DNA of 59,132 nt from a virus (taxonomy: Duplodnaviria; Caudoviricetes), in IMG/VR virus record IMGVR_UViG_3300024232_000011, positions 1 to 59,132 of that record, one strand, 5' to 3'. The notes beneath the pieces are model-generated. The model was not told where the DNA came from, ran no database searches, and saw only the letters and a list, made by a program, of their open reading frames with translations. A program made the position numbers and the translations under genes. Numbering within the stretch: position 1 is the first letter of the stretch; every line of letters begins with the position of its first letter. Of this stretch, positions 1 to 8,653 are shown piece after piece.

Positions 1-203
1 TCCACGAGGTTGGCGTCCGCGAGGTTGGCTCCCGCGAGGTTGGCGTCCGCGAGGTTGGCGTCCGCGAGGTTGGCGCCCGTTTCGACCGCCTTCCTGATCG
101 CAAAGCCAAGTTGCAGAGAGTAGGATTGACCAGCCATTTCGGCGCTGAGTTCGCATTCGAACTGCACGGCGCCAGAGAAGCAGTTTTTGATTTGGAAGAG
201 CAT
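1..203 (-). CDS. Pentapeptide-repeat protein, N-terminal part (continues across the window junction into 59132..58561)
   Basis: ATG at 203 reads [51 protein letters not shown]..., open to base 1. Not in the supplied ORF track because it runs off the end. Confidence 0.85.
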   Translation of the reverse strand, partial: MLFQIKNCFSGAVQFECELSAEMAGQSYSLQLGFAIRKAVETGANLADANLADANLAGANLADANLV

Positions 204-240
204 GTGGGGTTCCTGTTGCGCGTGGTGGCGGGAGGCGGGG

Positions 241-477
241 TTAGGCGCCCACTCCGAACTGTCCGTTATTCTCACGGATCTGGCGCGCCTGTTCTTCGCG
301 ATCAAGGCACCATTCGCAAATCGCAGTGCCGGTTATGTTAGGACGCTCCAGCGTGTTCCACACGTGAATTGATGCATGCTTTCCCTTCGTGCTTTCGAAG
401 TGAAGCCATACTCCGTCGGCGCCAACGTTGACCGAAATTGCGCAGTCTTCAATCGGCAGATCGATCGCGTTGGTCAT
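241..477 (-). CDS. Hypothetical phage protein
   Basis: 78-aa ORF coupled to the upstream gene by an ATGA overlap at 474-477. Confidence 0.6.
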   Translation of the reverse strand: MTNAIDLPIEDCAISVNVGADGVWLHFESTKGKHASIHVWNTLERPNITGTAICEWCLDREEQARQIRENNGQFGVGA

Positions 478-659
478 GCTGCGAACCTCAACGTTGGAGC
501 ATCCACCTTGATTTCATAGCCGTTCGCACGAAGGATCTGAAGCATTTCGCCAGTGAGTGTTTTCGTCTTCGCGATGGCCGCGAGCATCCGAGAGTGATTG
601 CACACCGGATAGATCGTCTCATTCCCGTAGACTTGGCGGATTTGGACGGTGATGGTCAT
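474..659 (-). CDS. Small phage protein (MTITVQIRQVYGNETIYPVC...)
   Basis: GGAGA RBS before ATG 659; first gene of the leftward unit. Confidence 0.7.
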   Translation of the reverse strand: MTITVQIRQVYGNETIYPVCNHSRMLAAIAKTKTLTGEMLQILRANGYEIKVDAPTLRFAA

Positions 660-706
660 CTCTCGTCTCCCGTGTGTTCGATGCCCAGACCGTAGCGCCG
701 AGCGAG

Positions 707-760
707 GATGCACACCATCGCTCAGGATGAATACCATCTATGCGGTAAATGCACACCATC
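707..760. promoter_or_regulatory. Three GATG-N5-CATC operator-like palindromes in a divergent intergenic region
   Basis: GATGCACACCATC 707-719, GATGAATACCATC 726-738, AATGCACACCATC 748-760, lying between divergent starts at 659(-) and 789(+). Confidence 0.6.
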
Positions 761-788
761 CATCAGCACAGCATGGCATCATCGGCAC

Positions 789-974
789 ATGACCCAGCCG
801 AAGCGGAAAACCAAGTCGTCGATCCAGGTCAGCGTGCGGTTGCCGCTGAAGCTCTACGACATGCTCAAGGAGCGTGGTCCGGTGGCAGGACAGATAGTGG
901 AGGCGGCGAAGATGCTACTCAGTCGGGAGGATTGGGCGCCGTGTGGCACTGAACCATGGGAGCCTCGGCCATGA
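789..974 (+). CDS. Ribbon-helix-helix (Arc/CopG-like) DNA-binding protein
   Basis: QVSVRLPLKLYDMLKE strand-helix pattern; first gene of the rightward unit. Confidence 0.6.
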   Translation: MTQPKRKTKSSIQVSVRLPLKLYDMLKERGPVAGQIVEAAKMLLSREDWAPCGTEPWEPRP

Positions 975-1246
975 GCGAAATGTCACTTGTCAAAGCCATG
1001 CATATTCTTATCGAAGTCCACACGCAGCAGGACGCCATAACTGGATTTGCAGTTCGTATGGGTGCGATGCCTGGTTACGGATCGCCTTGTTCGGAAGTTG
1101 AATACGTCGAGGCTTGGCGGGCGTTGCGCAAGGCGCTTGGGTTGCCGACTGAGCCCCCACACCATGACTCGCGCCCCCGGCTTCTACTGGATCCGCGTCA
1201 AGTCCGGTGGCCCCCCGCTGCGGAAGGAAGTGGCGGAGTGGAATGA
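971..1246 (+). CDS. Hypothetical protein
   Basis: ATGA-coupled to 789..974; its 3' end overlaps the next ORF. Confidence 0.45.
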   Translation: MSEMSLVKAMHILIEVHTQQDAITGFAVRMGAMPGYGSPCSEVEYVEAWRALRKALGLPTEPPHHDSRPRLLLDPRQVRWPPAAEGSGGVE

Positions 1247-1334
1247 CGAATATTGGGAGCGCATCGGCGATGATTACCTGATGCTCGACGAAGCCGTCGA
1301 AGTCCTGAGCGAGAGGCTGGAGGAGCCGAAGTGA
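1164..1334 (+). CDS. Hypothetical phage protein (MTRAPGFYWIRV...)
   Basis: RxPGFYWxR start resembles small phage proteins; GTGA-coupled to the next gene. Confidence 0.55.
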   Translation: MTRAPGFYWIRVKSGGPPLRKEVAEWNDEYWERIGDDYLMLDEAVEVLSERLEEPK

Positions 1335-1564
1335 GTGTAAAAGCGGTTTTCTACAAATACATTGAGATCGGCGGATGCATTGATGTTGAGGATAACGATC
1401 ATGGCAGATGCACCATTGCCGAAAGCAGGACTGCGTCCCCGACGCGACTTCGGCTGAGAGCGACCAAGAAGCTTAGAGCGATGGCAGAGTGTTTGGAAGC
1501 TGAAGCCAAGAGCAAACGCATGCCAGACGGCACGCTTGAGGTGTTCCCGGAGCCTCGTCCATGA
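1331..1564 (+). CDS. Hypothetical protein
   Basis: Coupled at both ends, with a GGAGG RBS. Confidence 0.5.
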   Translation: MSVKAVFYKYIEIGGCIDVEDNDHGRCTIAESRTASPTRLRLRATKKLRAMAECLEAEAKSKRMPDGTLEVFPEPRP

Positions 1565-1719
1565 CCCGCCCCATCGTCTGGACCGCAGTCCCCCTCCCCC
1601 ACGCGTTCTACCTCCGCCTGCGCGAGCGCGGCGACGTGGGGGAGGCGATCGTGCGGGTGCTGGAGCAGGTGTTGGCCGAGCCACCAGCGCCGCTTCCTGA
1701 CGCCCCGCACGACGGATGA
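1561..1719 (+). CDS. Second RHH-like protein, paralog of 789..974
   Basis: Manual translation MTRPIVWTAVPLPHAFYLRLRERGDVGEAIVRVLEQVL aligns with VRLPLKLYDMLKERGPVAGQIVEAAKML. Confidence 0.6.
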   Translation: MTRPIVWTAVPLPHAFYLRLRERGDVGEAIVRVLEQVLAEPPAPLPDAPHDG

Positions 1720-1994
1720 ACGACATATCAAGCAAGGAGAGCGAAATGTGGATGGATTGCTTCATTGAGACGAGCGCGGCAAAATCCGCCTGCCGCTCTT
1801 GGTTTTCTCATGTGCTATCTGACGACATGGATGGACCCGTGAGGGCGGCAATTCGAGAAACAGATGCTGGCGGGGAAAGGGAATTGCGCGCTGTGTTCGT
1901 AAAAGACGGCAAAGAAGTGGAAATGCGTCGCCGTCGGCAGAAGGGCGGCTTTACGATCGACATTCGGGAGCCGGCGCGGTGGCCGGTTAGGTAG
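1716..1994 (+). CDS. Hypothetical protein
   Basis: ATGA-coupled ORF. Confidence 0.5.
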   Translation: MNDISSKESEMWMDCFIETSAAKSACRSWFSHVLSDDMDGPVRAAIRETDAGGERELRAVFVKDGKEVEMRRRRQKGGFTIDIREPARWPVR

Positions 1995-2308
1995 CGAGCA
2001 GGTGTTCGGGCAGGAGCGGGTGCCATTGCCGGATGGTCGTGTTACGCGAGCATCGCAGATATCGAGGATTGCGTGCCCTATCCGAAGTTTTGCAGCGAGA
2101 CGTGTCGAAAAGCAGGCGGCCCGAAAGCTCAGTTTGTTACTAATGAAATGCTTCAGAAAGCGAAAGATGCGGAGTGGCGGGATCCCAATCCGATCTATCA
2201 CCGGCCAACGTATAGTGACACAGTGGCTGAGCAGAGACGGCTGCGCCTAGCATCGAATAATGCGGTGCCGTTGCCGGATGCGAGCCATGATGGGTAGGAA
2301 ATAATAAG

Positions 2309-2494
2309 ATGACCACACATTCAAAGACGATCAGGAATATCGGGTGGGGACTAATGGTGTCCACTCTTGCAGGTTATACGGCTGGCCGTATTGAATCGAC
2401 CCACGAATGGACTGGATTCTTTCTGTACTTGCTTTGGATGGTGGGAATTTTAGCGTGGGAATGCTTCGAATTGTCATCAGTTCCGACAGAATGA
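2309..2494 (+). CDS. Small membrane protein
   Basis: Two hydrophobic segments; AT-richer than the flanks. Confidence 0.5.
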   Translation: MTTHSKTIRNIGWGLMVSTLAGYTAGRIESTHEWTGFFLYLLWMVGILAWECFELSSVPTE

Positions 2495-2592
2495 CCGATA
2501 CCATCTCTACCCGTCACGATGAAGAACAGTGCTGCGCTGCGGTCTATAAGCGCGACACATACCGACGCGAAGGGAATTATCACCTTGACTGA
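2491..2592 (+). pseudogene. Probably truncated phage gene (MTDTISTRHDEEQCCAAVYKRDTYRR|)
   Basis: ATGA-coupled start; the frame terminates just inside the IS-like end at 2572. Confidence 0.4.
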
Positions 2593-2743
2593 ACACGTGC
2601 GATCCGCCATCTCGAGGATTGATGCGCGGCTGTGGCGGGGTGTTTGCCATACGGCGGATCACCTCGTCGCGGCGACGTGCGGCTTCGTCCTCTGTGTAAT
2701 AATCAGAGGACGAGTCGCCCGGATCTTTGTTATCTTTGGTCAT
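2507..2743 (-). CDS. Small protein resembling ORFs next to IS1595 transposases
   Basis: EAARRRDEVIRRMANTPPQP motif; ATGA-coupled to vapD. Confidence 0.5.
   Translation of the reverse strand: MTKDNKDPGDSSSDYYTEDEAARRRDEVIRRMANTPPQPRINPRDGGSHVFSQGDNSLRVGMCRAYRPQRSTVLHRDG
2572..2589. mobile_element. Single IS1595-family (ISNwi-type) terminal inverted repeat-like end
   Basis: GGGAATTATCACCTTGAC resembles GGnnATTAT...TTGAC IS1595 ends. No partner end or transposase seen. Confidence 0.45.
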
Positions 2744-3144
2744 TCAGTGCCAGTTTGGGAGAAGGGCAATTCCGGTTGGCCCAGCAGGGGTAATAGATCG
2801 TCATTTTCTTCGATGCGAAGCACCCGCAGGTCTCGCACGATAGAACGGAACCATGGATATCTAGTCTGCAAATCCAAAACAACTTTCATCACGATAACAA
2901 CCTTCGTGTGGTTACTGTAGTAAACGCTTCCCTGCTGGTTCCAAAAGTCACGCGTCTCTAGGAAGCGCCGGATATCTCCGTAAGCGTTGTGATAGTCTCC
3001 GCTTGGGTGAAGGCGGTTACCCGCTTCGGTATCTAAATCGAACGCGATCGCATACATGCGACCTTCTTTCCACCGAGAATCGGGCGATGCGTTGCTCGGC
3101 CCCCGATTCTCCGTAGGCCGGCGCAGTCTAGTCACGTTGGTCAT
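2740..3144 (-). CDS. vapD: VapD-family (Cas2-like fold) endoribonuclease; alternative start at 3057
   Basis: MYAIAFDLD...AYGDIRRFL...F.NQQGSVY...WF..IVRDLRVLRIEENDDLLP matches the VapD signature. Confidence 0.88.
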   Translation of the reverse strand: MTNVTRLRRPTENRGPSNASPDSRWKEGRMYAIAFDLDTEAGNRLHPSGDYHNAYGDIRRFLETRDFWNQQGSVYYSNHTKVVIVMKVVLDLQTRYPWFRSIVRDLRVLRIEENDDLLPLLGQPELPFSQTGTE

Positions 3145-3657
3145 GCGCGCTTCCCTCCGGGCATAACCCATAGGTACGACAACGACTCTTGCCAGCCAAG
3201 AGATATCATTGGGCTGGACAATTTGTCCCGTACACTATATGAAGATTCGGCCCGGAGGGGCGGCGCTGCCGACTTGAGCGGCTAGGCCAACTCAGTCGGC
3301 AGCAAGCTTACGTTTGTCGCCGGGTGATGTGCTGAACCACGCTGTTCTCCTTTCTCCTATTTCGGGTGTTGCAGGCTTAGGCACGTCTCCGATGTCGGGT
3401 GGCACCCCTAGTCGGATCTCTTAACGCCGCCCCGAACGTTCGGGGCGGCGTTTCCTCCGCACGAGTTGGTATCGCGGCGATCCCGGTGGCGACATAGCCA
3501 TGCGACTCGGACGGTCCAAGCAGGCCGTGCTGACGATGCGGTGAGAGTCGAGCTTGCCGGTGCGAAACGCTCGCCAGATATGCTAAGTACGTTTCGATTA
3601 TACGCTGCACAATCAGGCCGCTTCCTGTCACGGTATCTCAGCAACTGGAGATTATCC

Positions 3658-4227
3658 ATGGACTGGCAAGCGCGCATCGATAACTATACGAGAGCGACCG
3701 GTTTTCCTCGCAGCCTATTTATAGCAGACGATGGGCGTGTCGTTGGTACATGGATCATGGGCAACGACTACCGGGTGAAGTCAGGTTACTACGGCGGCTA
3801 TCCGGCCGGCTACCTGCGGCGCATCAAAGCGCTATTCCCTGATAAGACCGACGTGCTGCACCTGTTCAGCGGCAAGGTCGATCTGACGGCACTCCCGGGC
3901 CATACGGTGGACGTAAACGCGGACTTGGCGCCCGACTACGTGGACGACGCCCAGACGCTCACACGCGTCCCGCTGGCCAGCTACGACTTGATTATGGCCG
4001 ACCCACCCTACAGCATCGAGGATGCAGAGCGCTATCAGACCACAATGGTCAAGCGCAATAAAGTGATGGAGGCGCTGGGTGCTGCGATTGCCGGTACGCA
4101 CGTCGTATGGCTTGATCAGGTGTTGCCAATGTATCGCAAGGACACATTCGCGATCGAGGCCGTCATCGGAATGTGGAAATCTACCAATCATCGGTTTCGG
4201 GGAGTTACGGTGTTTCGCCGGCTGTAG
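3658..4227 (+). CDS. Putative amino-(N6-adenine/N4-cytosine) methyltransferase
   Basis: GGAG RBS, ATG 3658; VLHLFSG (motif I-like) followed by DLIMADPPY (motif IV). Confidence 0.75.
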   Translation: MDWQARIDNYTRATGFPRSLFIADDGRVVGTWIMGNDYRVKSGYYGGYPAGYLRRIKALFPDKTDVLHLFSGKVDLTALPGHTVDVNADLAPDYVDDAQTLTRVPLASYDLIMADPPYSIEDAERYQTTMVKRNKVMEALGAAIAGTHVVWLDQVLPMYRKDTFAIEAVIGMWKSTNHRFRGVTVFRRL

Positions 4228-4320
4228 CGTGGTGACGGTACGGATCCAGCACGAAGGGCTTGCGCTCGTCACGGAGGCGTCATAGGGTAACGGAGTTACG
4301 ATCTAAGCAAGGGCGCGTCC

Positions 4321-4515
4321 GTGTCAGACCCGACAAAAAACTTCATGATGCGCGTCACCCTGGAGCAAGCGCAAGCCCTGCGTCTCGCGGCATACCGGCA
4401 GGGACGGCCGCCATCTACGGTGGCGCGGCTGGTGATCACTAACTGGCTGGAGCATGAGGGGTATCTGGACCAGGTCCGACGAGAGCGAGAGGACGAACCG
4501 GTCGCGGCGGAGTGA
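4321..4515 (+). CDS. RHH-like DNA-binding protein
   Basis: FMMRVTLEQAQALRLAA...PSTVARLVITNWL pattern. Confidence 0.55.
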   Translation: MSDPTKNFMMRVTLEQAQALRLAAYRQGRPPSTVARLVITNWLEHEGYLDQVRREREDEPVAAE

Positions 4516-5579
4516 CCGGCATGATCCAGTTCACTCTCCAGCAGCAACAAGCCTTCGACCTGATCATCGAAGCGGCCAGCCAGCCGCGCAATGTGTTCGT
4601 GCTGCACGGCCTGGCCGGAACAGGGAAGACAACGGTTCTGGCCGAGGTAGCACGCACCCTCCCAGACGCCACGCTATCTGCGCTTACAGGCAAAGCCGCA
4701 TCGGTGCTCAGCCGCAAGACCGGCGTGCTCTCCCAGACGATCCACTCTGTGTTCTACCAGCTCATCGGACACGACAAAGACGATAAGGGCCGCAAGCGTC
4801 TTTACTGGAGCAACAAGGTCAAGGACGATTACTTCCATCGCTCCGTCGTGCTGATCGATGAGTGCTCGATGGTGGACGACCGGATGGCGGAGGACATCCT
4901 TCGCACAGGCGCGACAATCATAGCCTGTGGTGACCCAGGCCAGTTGCCGCCAGTTCGTGGTCGCCAGTTCTTTTCGCAGCCGGATTTCGTTCTGACGGAA
5001 ATTCTACGGCAAGCGCAGGAATCCCCGATCATCCGCCAGGCGCATGCTATCCGCACGACCGGGGCGTATTCCGCCGACGGCCCGCTCTTTCGCGTTGAGG
5101 AGCGCGCATCACGCGATGACATCATGGATGCCGGAGTTATTTTGTGCTGGAAAAACAAGACCAAAGACGCTGCAAACCGTCGCGTTCGCGATCTGCGGGG
5201 GACATGGATGCCAAATCCACAGCGTGGCGAGCCGGTGGTCTGTCTCAAAAACAACTCCGAGCATGGCCTGTTTAACGGTGCGATCTATGAACTGGCCGAG
5301 CCGTTTCTCGACGGCGATAGCGACATACATCTGCGTATTGACGGTAAGCGCCGCACCATTCCGAACTCAGTCTTCCGCGGCATCGACTCGTCGCTGGATC
5401 CAGATGACGATGCCGAAGGGTATTTCGACTACGGCTACGCCCTCACCGTTCACAAGGCGCAGGGCAGCGAATGGCCAAGCGTTGTGCTAATCGACGAATA
5501 CAACCGCTCCGATCAGCGGCGACAATGGCTTTATACCGGCGTTACAAGGGCTTCCGAACGCATTTTGATCCTGGGGTGA
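4512..5579 (+). CDS. SF1 RecD/Dda-like DNA helicase
   Basis: GLAGTGKT (Walker A), IDECSMV, GDPGQLPPV, YALTVHKAQGSEW, WLYTGVTRA. Confidence 0.95.
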   Translation: MTGMIQFTLQQQQAFDLIIEAASQPRNVFVLHGLAGTGKTTVLAEVARTLPDATLSALTGKAASVLSRKTGVLSQTIHSVFYQLIGHDKDDKGRKRLYWSNKVKDDYFHRSVVLIDECSMVDDRMAEDILRTGATIIACGDPGQLPPVRGRQFFSQPDFVLTEILRQAQESPIIRQAHAIRTTGAYSADGPLFRVEERASRDDIMDAGVILCWKNKTKDAANRRVRDLRGTWMPNPQRGEPVVCLKNNSEHGLFNGAIYELAEPFLDGDSDIHLRIDGKRRTIPNSVFRGIDSSLDPDDDAEGYFDYGYALTVHKAQGSEWPSVVLIDEYNRSDQRRQWLYTGVTRASERILILG

Positions 5580-5585
5580 ACCACT

Positions 5586-5873
5586 ATGCGCCCCGAGTCC
5601 GACCTCCGCCGAGATTCCCTGCTATTTGCTCCCCTCCTCGCCGAGCACCTCCTGTCGTGGGACAGCGTGCGCCATCTCTGTGCATTACTCGCGGAAGGGC
5701 ACTATGGCGCCACAGCGCGCCTGTGTTGGGCGGTGCGTGACGAGGCTCAGCGCTTGGCCATCAACGGCTACTACATGGATCAGCGCGTCTTGCGTCGTGC
5801 CCGCGCCGCCCTGCTTGCCACCGGGCAGAAAGCCGATGCCGACCATCTCGCGCATCTGCTGGACGCGCCGTGA
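5586..5873 (+). CDS. Hypothetical protein
   Basis: In the replication operon with typical codon usage. Confidence 0.5.
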   Translation: MRPESDLRRDSLLFAPLLAEHLLSWDSVRHLCALLAEGHYGATARLCWAVRDEAQRLAINGYYMDQRVLRRARAALLATGQKADADHLAHLLDAP

Positions 5874-6026
5874 TGGGAGAGGGGGGGAGACGCCCCACTG
5901 CGGCGCAGAACGCATTCTGCGTGCCAATCTCCAGCCGTGCAGGAAAGAAAATACGCATAGCCGAGCCGCTATGTAGCGTAGATACGCACCATTGCGGCGC
6001 CGAAGTGCGTATGTCATCTATCCACG

Positions 6027-6284
6027 ATGAACGTTGTACCGAGTCTTCCCCAACTTCTGCGAGTGGTCCGCGCCCTGCACGGGCTAACTCGCACACACAT
6101 GGCACATCTACTTGGTGTGTCAGCTCGCACGGTCGAAGGGTGGGAAATGGGCCGACCGCCTCCACAGCCAATCGTGCTCCGATTAGCGCTGGAGCGGATG
6201 CTGACTGCTCCCGACGACGGAAATCCGACTGCCCCAGCCAAGATAAGCGAGGAGGATCTGCGGGAATACCTGTCGCAGATGTAG
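6027..6284 (+). CDS. XRE-family HTH protein
   Basis: LTRTHMAHLLGVSARTVEGWEMGR. Confidence 0.85.
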   Translation: MNVVPSLPQLLRVVRALHGLTRTHMAHLLGVSARTVEGWEMGRPPPQPIVLRLALERMLTAPDDGNPTAPAKISEEDLREYLSQM

Positions 6285-6288
6285 GAAC

Positions 6289-7719
6289 GTGAGCGCCGTG
6301 GAGGACGACAAGGTGGTCCCCATTCAGCGTCGTAAACGCCCAGTCCCCACCGAGGACGATTATGGCGCGTCGCCCGAGGACGAATCGCCGATTTCCGCCC
6401 TCTACGCTGATGACACTCTCGCCCTCCAGTTCTCCGCCCTCTATGCCGATGACCTCCGCTTTGTCGCCGGCTGGGGCCGCTGGATGCGCTGGAACGGCCA
6501 TAAATGGGCGCAGGACACCACGCTGCACGTCTATGACCAGGTGCGCTTGCTGTGCCGCTCGGCTGCCAGCGACGCGCAATCGGCCGCCACCAAGCGCTCC
6601 GTCGCGTCAGGCAAGACGATCGCCAGTGTGGAAAAGCTTGCCCGCACCGACCGTCGCCACGCCCTGACCGTCACTGACTGGGACACAGACCAGTGGCTGC
6701 TGAACACCCCGCGCGGCATCGTTGACCTGCGCAACGGCTCGTTCGCATCCCACGACCGCAAGCGCCATATGACCAAGGTCACGGCCATCTCTCCCCATGG
6801 GGACTGTCCGCTATGGAAACAATTCCTCTGCGACGTGACCAATAGTAACGCGGAATTACAATCATACATTCAACGTGTTCTAGGATACGCGTTGACTGGA
6901 TCAATTCGGGAGCACGCTCTGTTCTTCGCTTACGGCACAGGTGCCAACGGCAAGGGAACGCTGCTCAACACCGTCACTGCGATCCTGGGCGATTACGCGA
7001 TCGTCGCCAACGCCGAGACGTTCACCGCGACCAACGGCAGCCGCCATCTCACCGAGCTGGCCCGGCTCCAAGGCGCCCGTTTCGTCGTGGCGCAGGAGAC
7101 CGAGGAAGGGAAGCACCTTGCCGAAGCCCGTATTAAGGCCATCACGGGCGGCGATCCTATCACGGCCAACTTCATGCGCCAGGACCACTTCACGTTCCAA
7201 CCGCAGTTCAAGCTGTTCATCGCCGGCAATCACAAGCCCGCACTTAAGAACGTTGATCAGGCAATTCGTAGGCGCTTCAACATGATACCGTTCGATGTTC
7301 AGATAGAGATCGAGAAACGCGATCCAGATCTGGCCGACAAACTCAAGGCCGAGTGGCCCGGCATCCTCCAGTGGATGATCGATGGATGCCTCGAATGGCA
7401 GGAGTACCGGTTGATGCCCCCAGCTGCCGTGCTCGATGCCACGGAGGAGTATTTCGAGGCCGAGGACGCATTCGGGCAGTGGATGGCCGAGTGCTGCACC
7501 CAACGACGCGGCGATCAGGGATACACGATGGCCCTATTCAACTCGTGGAAAAAATGGTGCCTCGCAGCTGGCGAGTTACCAAACTCGTCTAAAAGATTCT
7601 CGCAAACCCTTGCAGCCAGGGGATTTACGAAGAAGGAGGACCGAGACGGCAAATCGATGTTCGCAGGCATAGATCTCGTGGTACCGCGCCCCTATTTCGA
7701 GACTGATGCGGAAAGATGA
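6289..7719 (+). CDS. Phage/plasmid P4-family primase-helicase (D5_N plus SF3 helicase)
   Basis: LNTPRGIVDLRNG, YGTGANGKGT, IKAITGGDPITA, GNHKP, AIRRRF. Confidence 0.93.
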   Translation: MSAVEDDKVVPIQRRKRPVPTEDDYGASPEDESPISALYADDTLALQFSALYADDLRFVAGWGRWMRWNGHKWAQDTTLHVYDQVRLLCRSAASDAQSAATKRSVASGKTIASVEKLARTDRRHALTVTDWDTDQWLLNTPRGIVDLRNGSFASHDRKRHMTKVTAISPHGDCPLWKQFLCDVTNSNAELQSYIQRVLGYALTGSIREHALFFAYGTGANGKGTLLNTVTAILGDYAIVANAETFTATNGSRHLTELARLQGARFVVAQETEEGKHLAEARIKAITGGDPITANFMRQDHFTFQPQFKLFIAGNHKPALKNVDQAIRRRFNMIPFDVQIEIEKRDPDLADKLKAEWPGILQWMIDGCLEWQEYRLMPPAAVLDATEEYFEAEDAFGQWMAECCTQRRGDQGYTMALFNSWKKWCLAAGELPNSSKRFSQTLAARGFTKKEDRDGKSMFAGIDLVVPRPYFETDAER

Positions 7720-7727
7720 TCTGGTTT

Positions 7728-7834
7728 TGCGGACCCATGCGGAGGTTTCCCCACGTTCCCCCTAATCGCGCACACGCACGCCCGCGCACACACAGGAACC
7801 GTGGAAACAGGAATCCCCTCCGCATGGGTCCGCA
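7728..7834. other. Putative replication origin: perfect 18-bp inverted repeat directly after the primase-helicase
   Basis: TGCGGACCCATGCGGAGG (7728-7745) and CCTCCGCATGGGTCCGCA (7817-7834) enclose a CGCACAC-rich spacer. Confidence 0.6.
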
Positions 7835-7930
7835 TCGTGGCGAAAGAGCGATGAAATGGCGTAGATCACACTAGCCGTGCGCGCGCGTTCCGATCAATGA
7901 TCTTTGATCATAACCAAGGGAGAACATGGA

Positions 7931-8122
7931 ATGAACACGATGATGACGACACACTACCAAGCTACGCCATGCGGCTGCCTAGGCCCCAGAAATGGGCAGC
8001 CGTTGTGCCCATGTCGGATGAAGCAACGCGAGGCGGAGCTGGCTGCGGCTACTCGCAAGTTTGACCGCCCGCTACAGGCGCGGCGCTTAGCATTCGCGCG
8101 TGAGTTGGGCCTGCGGAGATGA
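7931..8122 (+). CDS. Small Cys-rich protein
   Basis: CGCLGPRNGQPLCPCRM; GGAG RBS. Confidence 0.6.
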   Translation: MNTMMTTHYQATPCGCLGPRNGQPLCPCRMKQREAELAAATRKFDRPLQARRLAFARELGLRR

Positions 8123-8181
8123 CCGCGCGTTCCACCCAACGGTGCCGTACGGAATCCGAACACATACGAAGGAGCGAAACG

Positions 8182-8439
8182 ATGGACAGGCGTGACGCGC
8201 TGATCGAGGCGGTGATGGAATGGGCCGGCGATAACGAAGGAATGCCTGGCGATCCGTCCGATGCACGGCTGCTCAAGGCGCTCTGGACGTATGACGGCGA
8301 CCGTACGGAGCCTTGTCCGGAATGCGACGGAGAATGCGATGAGCCGTGCGCCCCTTGCACCGTAGCGGCGGCTCACGCTGGCTTGGATCGGTTCATCGAG
8401 CGGTGGAATGCCGAGCACGGGGTTGTGGTTTGGCCATGA
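8182..8439 (+). CDS. Cys-cluster hypothetical protein
   Basis: AAGGAG RBS before MDRR; CPECDGECDEPCAPC. Confidence 0.6.
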   Translation: MDRRDALIEAVMEWAGDNEGMPGDPSDARLLKALWTYDGDRTEPCPECDGECDEPCAPCTVAAAHAGLDRFIERWNAEHGVVVWP

Positions 8440-8497
8440 CCGCGCGTTCCGTCCCCATCGGAACATAACTACACGCAACAAGAACGGAGAGTGAAAC

Positions 8498-8653
8498 ATG
8501 GAAATCATCGCCTATAAGGTCACCGACGTGTTGCAGGTGCTCGGCATCGGCAAACTGGACGCGCGCAAGATCGGCTCGCACACGGTCATCATGGCCGATA
8601 GCGTACGTCGGTTCATGGATGGGTTGCCGTCGGTGGGTAGGGAGCGGACGTAA
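8498..8653 (+). pseudogene. Excisionase-like HTH with the recognition helix apparently deleted
   Basis: MEIIAYKVTDVLQVLGI|GKLDARKIGSHTVIMADSVRRFMDGLP lacks the usual GRTxLYxLIxx segment. Confidence 0.6.

Noticed and set aside
2740-3144. Cas2 / CRISPR-Cas locus
   Set aside because: The sequence matches VapD; no cas1, effector genes or array are present.
3466-3657. N-terminal extension of the methyltransferase
   Set aside because: A clear GGAG RBS precedes ATG 3658 and the extension looks non-coding.
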